Source of the DNA: a virus
Reading direction: 5' to 3' (one strand)
Virus record (IMG/VR): IMGVR_UViG_3300045988_101425
Location: 1 to 59,460 of that record
Length of the DNA stretch: 59,460 nt
Shown here: positions 42,551 through 49,441 of the stretch, piece after piece
How the letters are laid out: each line of letters starts with the position of its first letter
Numbering within the stretch: the first letter of the stretch is position 1
The notes under the pieces: generated by a model
Databases searched by the model: none
The model's input: only the letters and a program-made list of their open reading frames with translations
What the model was told of the DNA's origin: nothing
Made by a program: the position numbers and the translations under genes

Positions 42551-42571
42551 TATTTTTATTATAAGTAGATT

Positions 42572-42617
42572 CTTCCGGCTTATGCGTCACAGGTGCGATA
42601 AGACCATAAGCCGGAAG
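42572..42617 (-). terminator. Strong 13-bp hairpin after gene 42623-42907 (terminator/attenuator candidate)
   Basis: cttccggcttatg / cataagccggaag perfect stem. No clear U tract on the minus strand. Confidence 0.45.
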
Positions 42618-42622
42618 ACTTG

Positions 42623-42907
42623 TTAATGTGGTCTCGTCTTTTTGGAAAAGAACCTTTCCTGAGCGAGCTTTACGTCCACTAGGATATATTTGCCATTTTG
42701 TTTTATGGCATCCCCGAAAATCCCCTTTTTCTTGTATCTCGCTATGGTGGATGTACTTACTTGGAGCAATTTCGCCAAGGAATCTAGTCCCCTAACGTAT
42801 TTCCGGGATGGATCTTCTTCTTTTTGGGTGGCTAGCCTTGATATGATCAAGTCCGCTAGTTGTCCGGCTGTCACTTGGGTTGCCGGTAATTCCGCTATAT
42901 TCTCCAT
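42623..42907 (-). CDS. HTH DNA-binding protein (excisionase/MerR-like)
   Basis: SLAKLLQVSTSTIARYKKKGIFGDAIKQNGKYILVD. Confidence 0.6.
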   Translation of the reverse strand: MENIAELPATQVTAGQLADLIISRLATQKEEDPSRKYVRGLDSLAKLLQVSTSTIARYKKKGIFGDAIKQNGKYILVDVKLAQERFFSKKTRPH

Positions 42908-42917
42908 ATTGTTATTG

Positions 42918-43307
42918 TTATAATGTTATATTCCTCCCTCTACAGCCTCTAAAAGCCCTAGAGGATATCTCTATTCTAGCTATGGACCGGCACCTTTGCC
43001 TTGCCCTTCTCATTTCCAAATGAGAATCCACGCAAAGGATAAGTAGCAAGACGCACGCCACGGCTGAATGAACCATCTGTTGTATATTTACGTTAGCCTT
43101 TATATCGCACAGTCTCTCGCATAGCTTTATGGCCAATTCCCTTCCGTTCCTTACGCCAAGTATCTCGAAAGCCGTCCTTAGCTGGTTTATGATAGTATGC
43201 AACGACCTGTGTTTTTTCTCGGCTATCTCCTTTTTCTCGAATCCCACGGCGTAATACTGGGCCGTGTAATCACATTCCTCGGTTAACTCGGTGAATACCC
43301 TTTCCAT
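42918..43307 (-). CDS. LuxR/GerE-type HTH regulator with a hydrophobic C-terminal segment
   Basis: GFEKKEIAEKKHRSLHTIINQLRTAFEILGVRNGRELAIKL. Confidence 0.65.
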   Translation of the reverse strand: MERVFTELTEECDYTAQYYAVGFEKKEIAEKKHRSLHTIINQLRTAFEILGVRNGRELAIKLCERLCDIKANVNIQQMVHSAVACVLLLILCVDSHLEMRRARQRCRSIARIEISSRAFRGCRGRNITL

Positions 43308-43313
43308 GATCTG

Positions 43314-43511
43314 TCATGTTAAGCGTCTGACATAAACGATCCCTTCTTCCTTGTTTGATACGGAAGACCATTTTCTTCCCTCTCTATAATACTTAGCGTT
43401 TAACAGAGACACGTTATTTCTAACCGTCTCTAACACTTCTATAGGGAATGATAGTTTCTCAGATACTTTCATTTCTCTGATCTTTCTTTTGCTTTCCACT
43501 TTTTTCTGCAT
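43314..43511 (-). CDS. First early protein (65 aa, basic)
   Basis: First ORF after the early promoter and leader. Confidence 0.5.
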   Translation of the reverse strand: MQKKVESKRKIREMKVSEKLSFPIEVLETVRNNVSLLNAKYYREGRKWSSVSNKEEGIVYVRRLT

Positions 43512-43540
43512 GATTTACATTTCCTTTTTATTTATAATAG

Positions 43541-43593
43541 CTCCCCTACAACCTCCAACGGTTTCGAACCCGAATCATAGACGGGTGGGGGAG
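43541..43593. repeat. Structured repeat B
   Basis: ctcccctacaacctccaacggtttcgaacccgaatcatagacgggtgggggag. Shares the 28-nt core acaacctccaacggtttcgaacccgaat with repeat A. Confidence 0.6.
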
Positions 43594-43605
43594 TGTATCT
43601 TATGC

Positions 43606-43672
43606 GTTAGATAGACAGTTTGACACCGATACGGAAATATCCGTACTTCACTGACACGACGTAATATCTAAC
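43606..43672 (-). ncRNA. Symmetric stem-loop element in the early leader
   Basis: The outer 8-bp stem pairs 43606-43613 with 43665-43672 (plus strand gttagata/tatctaac). The apical hairpin reads TACGGA-tatt-TCCGTA on the minus strand. It is flanked by direct GTGTCA repeats. Confidence 0.45.
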
Positions 43673-43694
43673 CTTTGTATATACATTATTAAAT

Positions 43695-43730
43695 ATGTAG
43701 ACTCCAACGTCGGAACCGATTAAACTACAT
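43695..43730. repeat. Diverged relative (C) of repeats A and B
   Basis: ATGTAG...CTACAT closing stem. Inner hairpin GAC-TCCAAC-GTC has the same loop as A/B with a covarying stem. Confidence 0.45.
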
Positions 43731-43861
43731 CGGGAGCGGGGATCATCATCCCTTCCGGTATCTTCGCCTATCATAACCTTACCACCATACCTATATCTCT
43801 TGCGTATATCCTCTTATGGGGATAAGGATTTTATTCAATAAGTCAAAGAACTCTTTTTTAG

Positions 43862-43935
43862 TAGCCCTTCCGGGACTCAAACCCGGGACCTGCGGTTTAG
43901 GAAACCGTCGCTCTGTTCGTCTGAGCTAAAGGACC
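43862..43935 (-). tRNA. tRNA-Arg (CCT)
   Basis: GGTCCTT-TA-GCTC..GAGC-loop TTCCTAA-T-arm CCGGG TTTGAGT CCCGG-AAGGGCT-A. 74 nt, cloverleaf folded by hand. Confidence 0.85.
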
Positions 43936-43985
43936 TTATATCATTTTGGCATGTTTATGCCATTTCGTTATTTCAATCTTTATCG

Positions 43986-43993
43986 TATCTTTG
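43986..43993 (+). promoter_or_regulatory. -7 element (TATCTTTG) of the rightward repressor promoter
   Basis: TAnnTTTG match upstream of the repressor gene. Confidence 0.55.
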
Positions 43994-44013
43994 TGCGTGA
44001 TTGAATGATGATG

Positions 44014-44021
44014 CAAATATA
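44014..44021 (-). promoter_or_regulatory. -7 element (TATATTTG) of the leftward early promoter
   Basis: Minus strand TATATTTG, about 80 nt upstream of tRNA-Arg. Overlaps operator Oa. Confidence 0.6.
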
Positions 44022-44068
44022 TGAACTTATTTCATATATAGGTATGATGATATGAATTATTTTCATAT
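44018..44068. promoter_or_regulatory. Two palindromic operators, ATATGAA-N5-TTCATAT
   Basis: Oa is TATATGAActtatTTCATATA (44018-44038). Ob is ATATGAAttattTTCATAT (44050-44068). Centres are 31 bp apart. Confidence 0.6.
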
Positions 44069-44090
44069 AGTAACAGTTAAATTATGTTTT

Positions 44091-44759
44091 ATGCCAGTAA
44101 ATGAAGAATTTAAGAGGTTGATAGATAAAATAAAATATGAATTTTCTATCAATCAAGCTCAGATATCTGAAAGATTGGGAGTCAAGAGTACATATTTATC
44201 TGATATGATAAATGGTCGTGTTCCCTATAACGAGTCTATGCAGAAAAAGATACATGAGGTATTTCATATTAAATATGAAGATTCTTCTAGTATGCAAGAG
44301 GGTATAAAAAATATTAGCATGACGACGAAGGAAAGATTAATATCATTTCTTGCCTATATAGGTATTAGTCAAGGTGGCTTTGAGAAAAAAGTGGGTTTAT
44401 CTACTGGATTTGTAAATAATATAGGAGATAGTATCAGAAGAACATCATTGGATAAAATATCTTCTATTTATCCTGATCTAAATATTGCATGGCTTCTTAC
44501 AGGTGTTGGTGATATGCTAACCTCTGACGTTCCACCCGCACGATCAGTGGATATCCCGGAAGAAATAGGCGACGGCTTTAATCCAAGGGAACTGCTAGAT
44601 ATCATACATGACCTAACGGCGCAAGGCAAGCAAAACGCGGAGGCGAACGAGAGGAACAGCCGGAATATCGAGAAACTCATAGGCCTGTTGGCCGAGTCGT
44701 TGAAGCAAGAGAGAGACGATAGGTCCGGGAACCGGCAAGGAGAGAAAGATTCTGCTTAA
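44091..44759 (+). CDS. CI-like repressor with two HTH domains
   Basis: INQAQISERLGVKSTYLSDMINGR and ISQGGFEKKVGLSTGFVNNI. I prefer the ATG at 44091 because the ATG at 44052 lies inside operator Ob. Confidence 0.7.
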   Translation: MPVNEEFKRLIDKIKYEFSINQAQISERLGVKSTYLSDMINGRVPYNESMQKKIHEVFHIKYEDSSSMQEGIKNISMTTKERLISFLAYIGISQGGFEKKVGLSTGFVNNIGDSIRRTSLDKISSIYPDLNIAWLLTGVGDMLTSDVPPARSVDIPEEIGDGFNPRELLDIIHDLTAQGKQNAEANERNSRNIEKLIGLLAESLKQERDDRSGNRQGEKDSA

Positions 44760-44831
44760 TAACATGTGAGTGTTGCAAAACAAACTTTTTCGCTGTACTG
44801 TTTAATTATTACCTTAAAAAATCTAATTAAT

Positions 44832-45017
44832 ATGGTTGGTGATTATGACGATAGAGTAGAGCAGATAATTCGGCTGGCGGAAGATTTGTTTTTAGAGAAA
44901 AGAAAAGTGGTAATGACGGTAAGAGTGTATAACCGTGGTATAGCGAATCCTGAGATATCCAAGCGATGCCTTTATGTCAAGCGTAGGAATGTTGATTCTA
45001 GCGAATTTTCAACATAG
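44832..45017 (+). CDS. Possible small ORF downstream of the repressor
   Basis: 61 aa from the ATG at 44832. No recognisable motifs. Confidence 0.3.
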   Translation: MVGDYDDRVEQIIRLAEDLFLEKRKVVMTVRVYNRGIANPEISKRCLYVKRRNVDSSEFST

Positions 45018-45057
45018 AGATATTAAATATGATAATAAGTCAAATAGACCAATAAAA

Positions 45058-45092
45058 AACGCCCGTGTCAGAAAAAACACGGGCGTTTTTTA
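45058..45092. terminator. Bidirectional intrinsic terminator
   Basis: aacgcccgtgt-cagaaaaa-acacgggcgtt, an 11-bp stem flanked by an A run and a T run, between convergent units. Confidence 0.8.
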
Positions 45093-45116
45093 TTGGCGAT
45101 GCGAAAAATAGAACTA

Positions 45117-45743
45117 TTACTTGTTGTCATGCTGAATTCTCCTGAACTCCTCGCTCTTGGCGAAGCTACTGACTTGATCCCCCTTGCACATATCGTAGGT
45201 GATAAAGGTCTTCAGCAGAAAAACATCCGGCCCTACGGCTTTGAATCCCATCGCAATTCCCTCTTTACAGGTGGCTAATACATTCTCCCGGTACCCTCCG
45301 TCCACCTCTTCGTACGAAAATGTGAATGAATAACTATTGTTTATCTCGAAGTACCGCTTAATCAACTCTTTGCCTGTAAGGTTAATTCCCATCCGATCGG
45401 CGAACCGGCTGAAGAAGTGAGGAGGAAACGCGAGAAGAACCATCTTGCCATTGACAAAGACAGGCATATAGGCATACTTGCCATGATTGGTATCATGGTA
45501 GCACACAAAAGAGATCCGGCAATTGTCGCCTATATCCTTTTTATTGTGGGCCTCCCATAATATCAGCCACTTGTTTTTACGCTTAGTGGTAACAAATGAG
45601 TGGATGCGCACAGGAAAGATGCCGGATTTATTGATTATCCGGCTCACCTTAGCGTCCTTGGTATCGGATATGGAGAATATATTGAGATAATCAGCCTTGA
45701 TTTCCTCCAACAATTCGGAGGTTGTCATGCTTGTCGTAATCAT
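45117..45743 (-). CDS. Unknown 208-aa protein, last gene of the accessory operon
   Basis: ATGA overlap with the upstream HTH gene. No motif recognised. Confidence 0.6.
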   Translation of the reverse strand: MITTSMTTSELLEEIKADYLNIFSISDTKDAKVSRIINKSGIFPVRIHSFVTTKRKNKWLILWEAHNKKDIGDNCRISFVCYHDTNHGKYAYMPVFVNGKMVLLAFPPHFFSRFADRMGINLTGKELIKRYFEINNSYSFTFSYEEVDGGYRENVLATCKEGIAMGFKAVGPDVFLLKTFITYDMCKGDQVSSFAKSEEFRRIQHDNK

Positions 45744-45937
45744 ATTATTTCTATTTTCACTTCGAGCGCATCACATATCTTCGCAAGGATATCTATCCCA
45801 ACGGAGAATTTACCGTTCTCAACGTTGGAGATAGTTGCGGCTCGAAGGTTGGCAAGTTCGGCCAGTTGTCGCACCGTGTAGCATCTTTCCTTACGTATTT
45901 CGGCTATTCGTTTCCCTATTCGTTCACGTTCATTCAT
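45740..45937 (-). CDS. XRE-family HTH protein (Aca-like position)
   Basis: IGKRIAEIRKERCYTVRQLAELANLRAATISNVENGK. Confidence 0.75.
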   Translation of the reverse strand: MNERERIGKRIAEIRKERCYTVRQLAELANLRAATISNVENGKFSVGIDILAKICDALEVKIEII

Positions 45938-46289
45938 TCAATCCCTCCTCTCTTACTATGTTTTCATCTTCCCACTCAGCCCAATCGCAATACCATTGAG
46001 CCGCAGGTTTTATGATTTCCTTTTTTATCATTTCGGAATCATATTTGACATCAAGCGTGGCGCAATAATGTAACGCCGCAATCATTGGCTCTTTAATGCC
46101 AAATCTATTGGTATAGCTAAACTTTAATGTCGGAACATCCGGATTTAAGGCTACATCCTTCCTGCCAAATATTTCGATGATACTGGCAGAACGTATGTGC
46201 ATTATGACATTTCTCCCATATAGGGGATCCCCGCCTTTTTCGTGACCGGAACCTTCGATGAAGGCGAACTCGGGCAATGTTAAATTCAT
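45930..46289 (-). CDS. Unknown 119-aa acidic protein
   Basis: Overlaps the HTH start by 8 nt. Confidence 0.55.
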   Translation of the reverse strand: MNLTLPEFAFIEGSGHEKGGDPLYGRNVIMHIRSASIIEIFGRKDVALNPDVPTLKFSYTNRFGIKEPMIAALHYCATLDVKYDSEMIKKEIIKPAAQWYCDWAEWEDENIVREEGLNE

Positions 46290-46319
46290 GATATATGTCT
46301 TTGTTATCTTTTATCTCCA

Positions 46320-46505
46320 TTAGGCTATATCTTCTATCGCATAGTCGCCAGACGCAAAGGGGGCGAAATCTTCAACAATGGTAGCAATGCGCATTGCGTC
46401 CTCGTCAGATATTACGATTTCCATATTTTCATTACAAATCATTTCTATCCCATTATTTTCTAGAATCTCTAATAACTCGCTATTTTCGCAATATAATGTT
46501 TTCAT
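46320..46505 (-). CDS. Very acidic 61-aa protein
   Basis: About 15 Asp/Glu against 2 Lys/Arg. Confidence 0.5.
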   Translation of the reverse strand: MKTLYCENSELLEILENNGIEMICNENMEIVISDEDAMRIATIVEDFAPFASGDYAIEDIA

Positions 46506-46546
46506 GTTTATTGTATTTATTTGATTATTAATTAATATAGATATAT

Positions 46547-46729
46547 TTATTTTTCAATCACTTCAAGATCATTTAAAATCTTGATAGCTTTTTCTTTCCC
46601 CAAGCTTGCACATTTCACAAGGGCCTCATAAGCGGACAGCCTATGACCTCCATTAATGCCGGCATAACGAAGAATTGAAATAAAACGAATGTGAGAGATT
46701 GACTGTCCTTTATAAATGTAAGTTGTCAT
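46547..46729 (-). CDS. Unknown 60-aa protein, first gene of the accessory operon
   Basis: ORF about 50 nt downstream of a TATCTTTG element. Confidence 0.5.
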   Translation of the reverse strand: MTTYIYKGQSISHIRFISILRYAGINGGHRLSAYEALVKCASLGKEKAIKILNDLEVIEK

Positions 46730-46779
46730 GATATTATCGCTGAATTGTTACTGTTGCCACCAGCTCTATTGTTATGATG

Positions 46780-46787
46780 CAAAGATA
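46780..46787 (-). promoter_or_regulatory. -7 element (TATCTTTG) of the accessory operon promoter
   Basis: The minus strand reads TATCTTTG. Confidence 0.55.
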
Positions 46788-46915
46788 AGCATAATATTGT
46801 TTGTTACCAAATAGCGTAACGGAAATATTTATATAATTAACAACAATTAATATTCCAGCCCTGTGTTATCCTTCCATCCTTTTTTTGTTTGATTATATCA
46901 TTATGTTTCCTTGTT

Positions 46916-47170
46916 TTATACGGGCGATGTGGTCTTGGTATACGGCGTGTTTTCTTCCTCTTTTTCCTCCAGTACCTTTTTAAGCTGATAGAGGCTTATG
47001 ATATCATATTCAAACGTAGGATTTTCCCAGTTCTTCCGGACAGAGTTCGTTTGGACAGAGATAAATTTTCGTAAGTCAAAGATATATTGACATTGTGACA
47101 GTCTTATCTCGTTAAATGTAATCTCGTAGTTATCAAACCACGCAAGCAGTTTTTTTAGTTCCTCATTCAT
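46916..47170 (-). CDS. Hypothetical protein next to the integrase (possible directionality factor)
   Basis: 84-aa ORF downstream of int. No HTH seen. Confidence 0.45.
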   Translation of the reverse strand: MNEELKKLLAWFDNYEITFNEIRLSQCQYIFDLRKFISVQTNSVRKNWENPTFEYDIISLYQLKKVLEEKEEENTPYTKTTSPV

Positions 47171-47203
47171 GATATATTCTTGTTTTTTATATAAGATGCT
47201 TGT

Positions 47204-48484
47204 TTATATCTTATCGAACTTGCTCATCTCGTCCTCCTTCAGCTTGTCCACTATATGAGTGTAAGGTCTCATGGCCTTGAGGTCGTTGTGCCCTGTCCAT
47301 CTCATGATGACTTGAGGGGGGATGCCTAACATGAGGGCGTTGACGACAAACGTCTTCCTTGCGACATGGGTAGTAAGCCGTTCCCACTTGTGTAATGTCT
47401 GTTGTATTCGCTTGTTGCCCTCGTACCATACCTCGGTTATCTCGGAGTCCAGCTCCGCCATCTTGCCGAGATCCTTTAGATGCATGTTGTATTTCTGATT
47501 GGACAAGACCGGCAGCGCCTTCCCGTTCTTGAGCTCGATGTCTTCGTATTTATCAAGTATTGATTTGCTGTACTTGTTCAACTCGATCTGTATGTTGTCG
47601 CTGTCCTTCTGTGTCACGATGTCAATCTTCCCGTTAATGATATCCGTCTTCCTTAAGTTATATACGTCGGAGTAACGGAGACCGGTGAAGCAGCAGAAGC
47701 AGAAAACGTCACGGACGGTGGATAACGTCCCTTCCTTTATATACATATTATATATACGCATCAGCTCCTCCCATGTCAAGTATATGACTTTCTTCAGCTC
47801 GAAGTTCGCCCCTTTAAGCCTTGGGCTGAACCTTCGATAGTCCTTTCTCGTGTTGTATCCCTTGTCGTCGGCCCATAAAAGGAATTGCTTTATGAAGTGG
47901 AGGTACTTGTTCAGCGTGGTATTCCTTATACCCTTGTATTCCCTTAAGAACTCTACGAAGTCTTGCAAGGTATCCTCCGACAGGTCATCGAACTTGATCT
48001 GTGGATTGAACTCCTCCAGAAGGTGCATGATCGAGTTATGTTTGTAGTGCGATGTCTTCGTCCATGCGTTCTGCCTCCCTACCGTATCGATAAACTCCTT
48101 ATAGATATCGAACAGGGATATCGGCTTCCTCTCTTCCTCTTTTACCCGGCCTGTCGCAACCTTGAACTTTTCCTTGATATCGTTGGCGCTAGGCATCTCG
48201 CCCTCTCTCTCGTATTGGCGGAATATGTTTTGCAATGTGGCACGTATATCGTCAAGATCGGAATTTATCTCGGAAGAGCTTTCCCCGGCCTTGTTGAAGC
48301 ATCCGTTTTTAACGATGCCCTTCTCCGGGACGAACTTGCTTGAGTCTATCCTATGCCCCGTGAAAAACGTTATCCTGTTCCGGTTGAACGTAACCATGCA
48401 TCGGATAGGTACGTTCTTTACGATCAATAGCCCATCCTTCTTCCTTTTCTCTACGTCAAACGTTATGCTCCTCTTTATTTCCAT
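47204..48484 (-). CDS. int: Tyrosine integrase (Bacteroides phage/CTn type)
   Basis: FTGLRYSDV, HVARKTF, RWTGH, RPYTH catalytic signature. I prefer the start MEIKRSITFDV; the track N-terminal extension looks non-coding. Confidence 0.85.
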   Translation of the reverse strand: MEIKRSITFDVEKRKKDGLLIVKNVPIRCMVTFNRNRITFFTGHRIDSSKFVPEKGIVKNGCFNKAGESSSEINSDLDDIRATLQNIFRQYEREGEMPSANDIKEKFKVATGRVKEEERKPISLFDIYKEFIDTVGRQNAWTKTSHYKHNSIMHLLEEFNPQIKFDDLSEDTLQDFVEFLREYKGIRNTTLNKYLHFIKQFLLWADDKGYNTRKDYRRFSPRLKGANFELKKVIYLTWEELMRIYNMYIKEGTLSTVRDVFCFCCFTGLRYSDVYNLRKTDIINGKIDIVTQKDSDNIQIELNKYSKSILDKYEDIELKNGKALPVLSNQKYNMHLKDLGKMAELDSEITEVWYEGNKRIQQTLHKWERLTTHVARKTFVVNALMLGIPPQVIMRWTGHNDLKAMRPYTHIVDKLKEDEMSKFDKI

Positions 48485-48617
48485 GATAAAAACGTGTTGC
48501 GTGTAACTACGCGAATTTACACGCAAAAAACATGACATCATATGACATAACATGATATTTAGTGACTGTTTAAAAACACATGAAATCGTTGAACATGAGC
48601 GCATATGATATTGTTTG

Positions 48618-48725
48618 ATACTGTATGACAGTATAAGTTATGGTCTCTCCATCTCCACAATAGCCTTGGTAATCTACTGATTGTCAAGGCTATTTTTATT
48701 GCTACACGTAAAAATACACGTAAAA
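48618..48725. promoter_or_regulatory. Candidate attP region
   Basis: Inverted repeat ATACTGT-atg-ACAGTAT (48618-48634). Hairpin tagccttg/caaggcta plus TTTTT (48661-48697). Direct repeats ACACGTAAAA x2 (48704-48713, 48716-48725). Confidence 0.4.
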
Positions 48726-48858
48726 GGCGTTTTTTTATAGGATTTTTGATGTCTTAATTCTCCATCGTGACAAATATAACGTTTTTCCTTCTCAACTCCC
48801 AATTATGATCAATAACATATTTTATGGATACAGTGTAGCCGTCATGTATATTATTCAT

Positions 48859-48866
48859 TATATTTG
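48859..48866 (+). promoter_or_regulatory. -7 element (TATATTTG) of the late operon promoter
   Basis: TAnnTTTG match 34 nt upstream of the ATG at 48900. Confidence 0.55.
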
Positions 48867-48899
48867 CAGGACAGGTGCGTAACTTAAAGTTACGAAAAT

Positions 48900-49316
48900 A
48901 TGTTTTCAAATATTTTTGAGCTCAAATCCATTCGTGAGCAAAAGTACAGACTCTCTGAGCGTGAATCGGAGATCGCTAAACCTGTGTTGACCGACTTGGG
49001 TATGATCGATACCCTATATGAGTGGTTCAAGGAGATAGCCCTCGGAGGGAAGCCAATCCCTAAAGGGAATGTACCGCAAAGGAAAAAATTCATATTCATA
49101 ATATTATATCTTTATTCCCCTATGACCTTGGCTGGCGGTAAGATGAAGGCTGGGTTGAGGGAAAAACTAGGGAACGTGCTAGGGATTAAGGAGAAGACAG
49201 TCGTTTCCAATAATATCAATGGCATAGTTTTTTCTTATCAATTGTATAAGTACTTTAGGCAAGATATAGAGCGTATTTTCTCTGAGATATCGGTTCGGCT
49301 GGGTAAGACCAAATAA
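48900..49316 (+). CDS. First late-operon protein; free-standing copy of the Bro C-terminal domain
   Basis: RKKFIFIILYLYSPMTLAGGKMKAGLREKLGNVLGIKEKTVVSNN is about 50 percent identical over 50 aa to the Bro C-terminus. Confidence 0.65.
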   Translation: MFSNIFELKSIREQKYRLSERESEIAKPVLTDLGMIDTLYEWFKEIALGGKPIPKGNVPQRKKFIFIILYLYSPMTLAGGKMKAGLREKLGNVLGIKEKTVVSNNINGIVFSYQLYKYFRQDIERIFSEISVRLGKTK

Positions 49317-49441
49317 ATTTTGTGTTTTTTTAGGGGTAATTCGTGACATTCTACCTGTTGTCACGAATCGCCCTTTCTTTATTTATGACCATAAATATCG
49401 ATGACATAACTTTGGTCTTGATCTTTATTCAAGGCAAAGAC

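Noticed and set aside
47204-48604. Long N-terminal extension of the integrase ORF (40 extra residues, MRSCSTISCVFKQS...)
   Set aside because: The extension is Cys/Ser-rich junk. The conserved integrase N-terminus begins at MEIKRSITFDV (ATG at 48484).
6766-48692. Recurring GGTAAT at the 5' side of hairpin loops (6766-6789, 24367-24398, 48661-48692, TL1, TL2)
   Set aside because: A 6-mer is expected about 29 times on both strands of 59 kb. I could not count all occurrences or show enrichment in loops, so it is not claimed as a motif.
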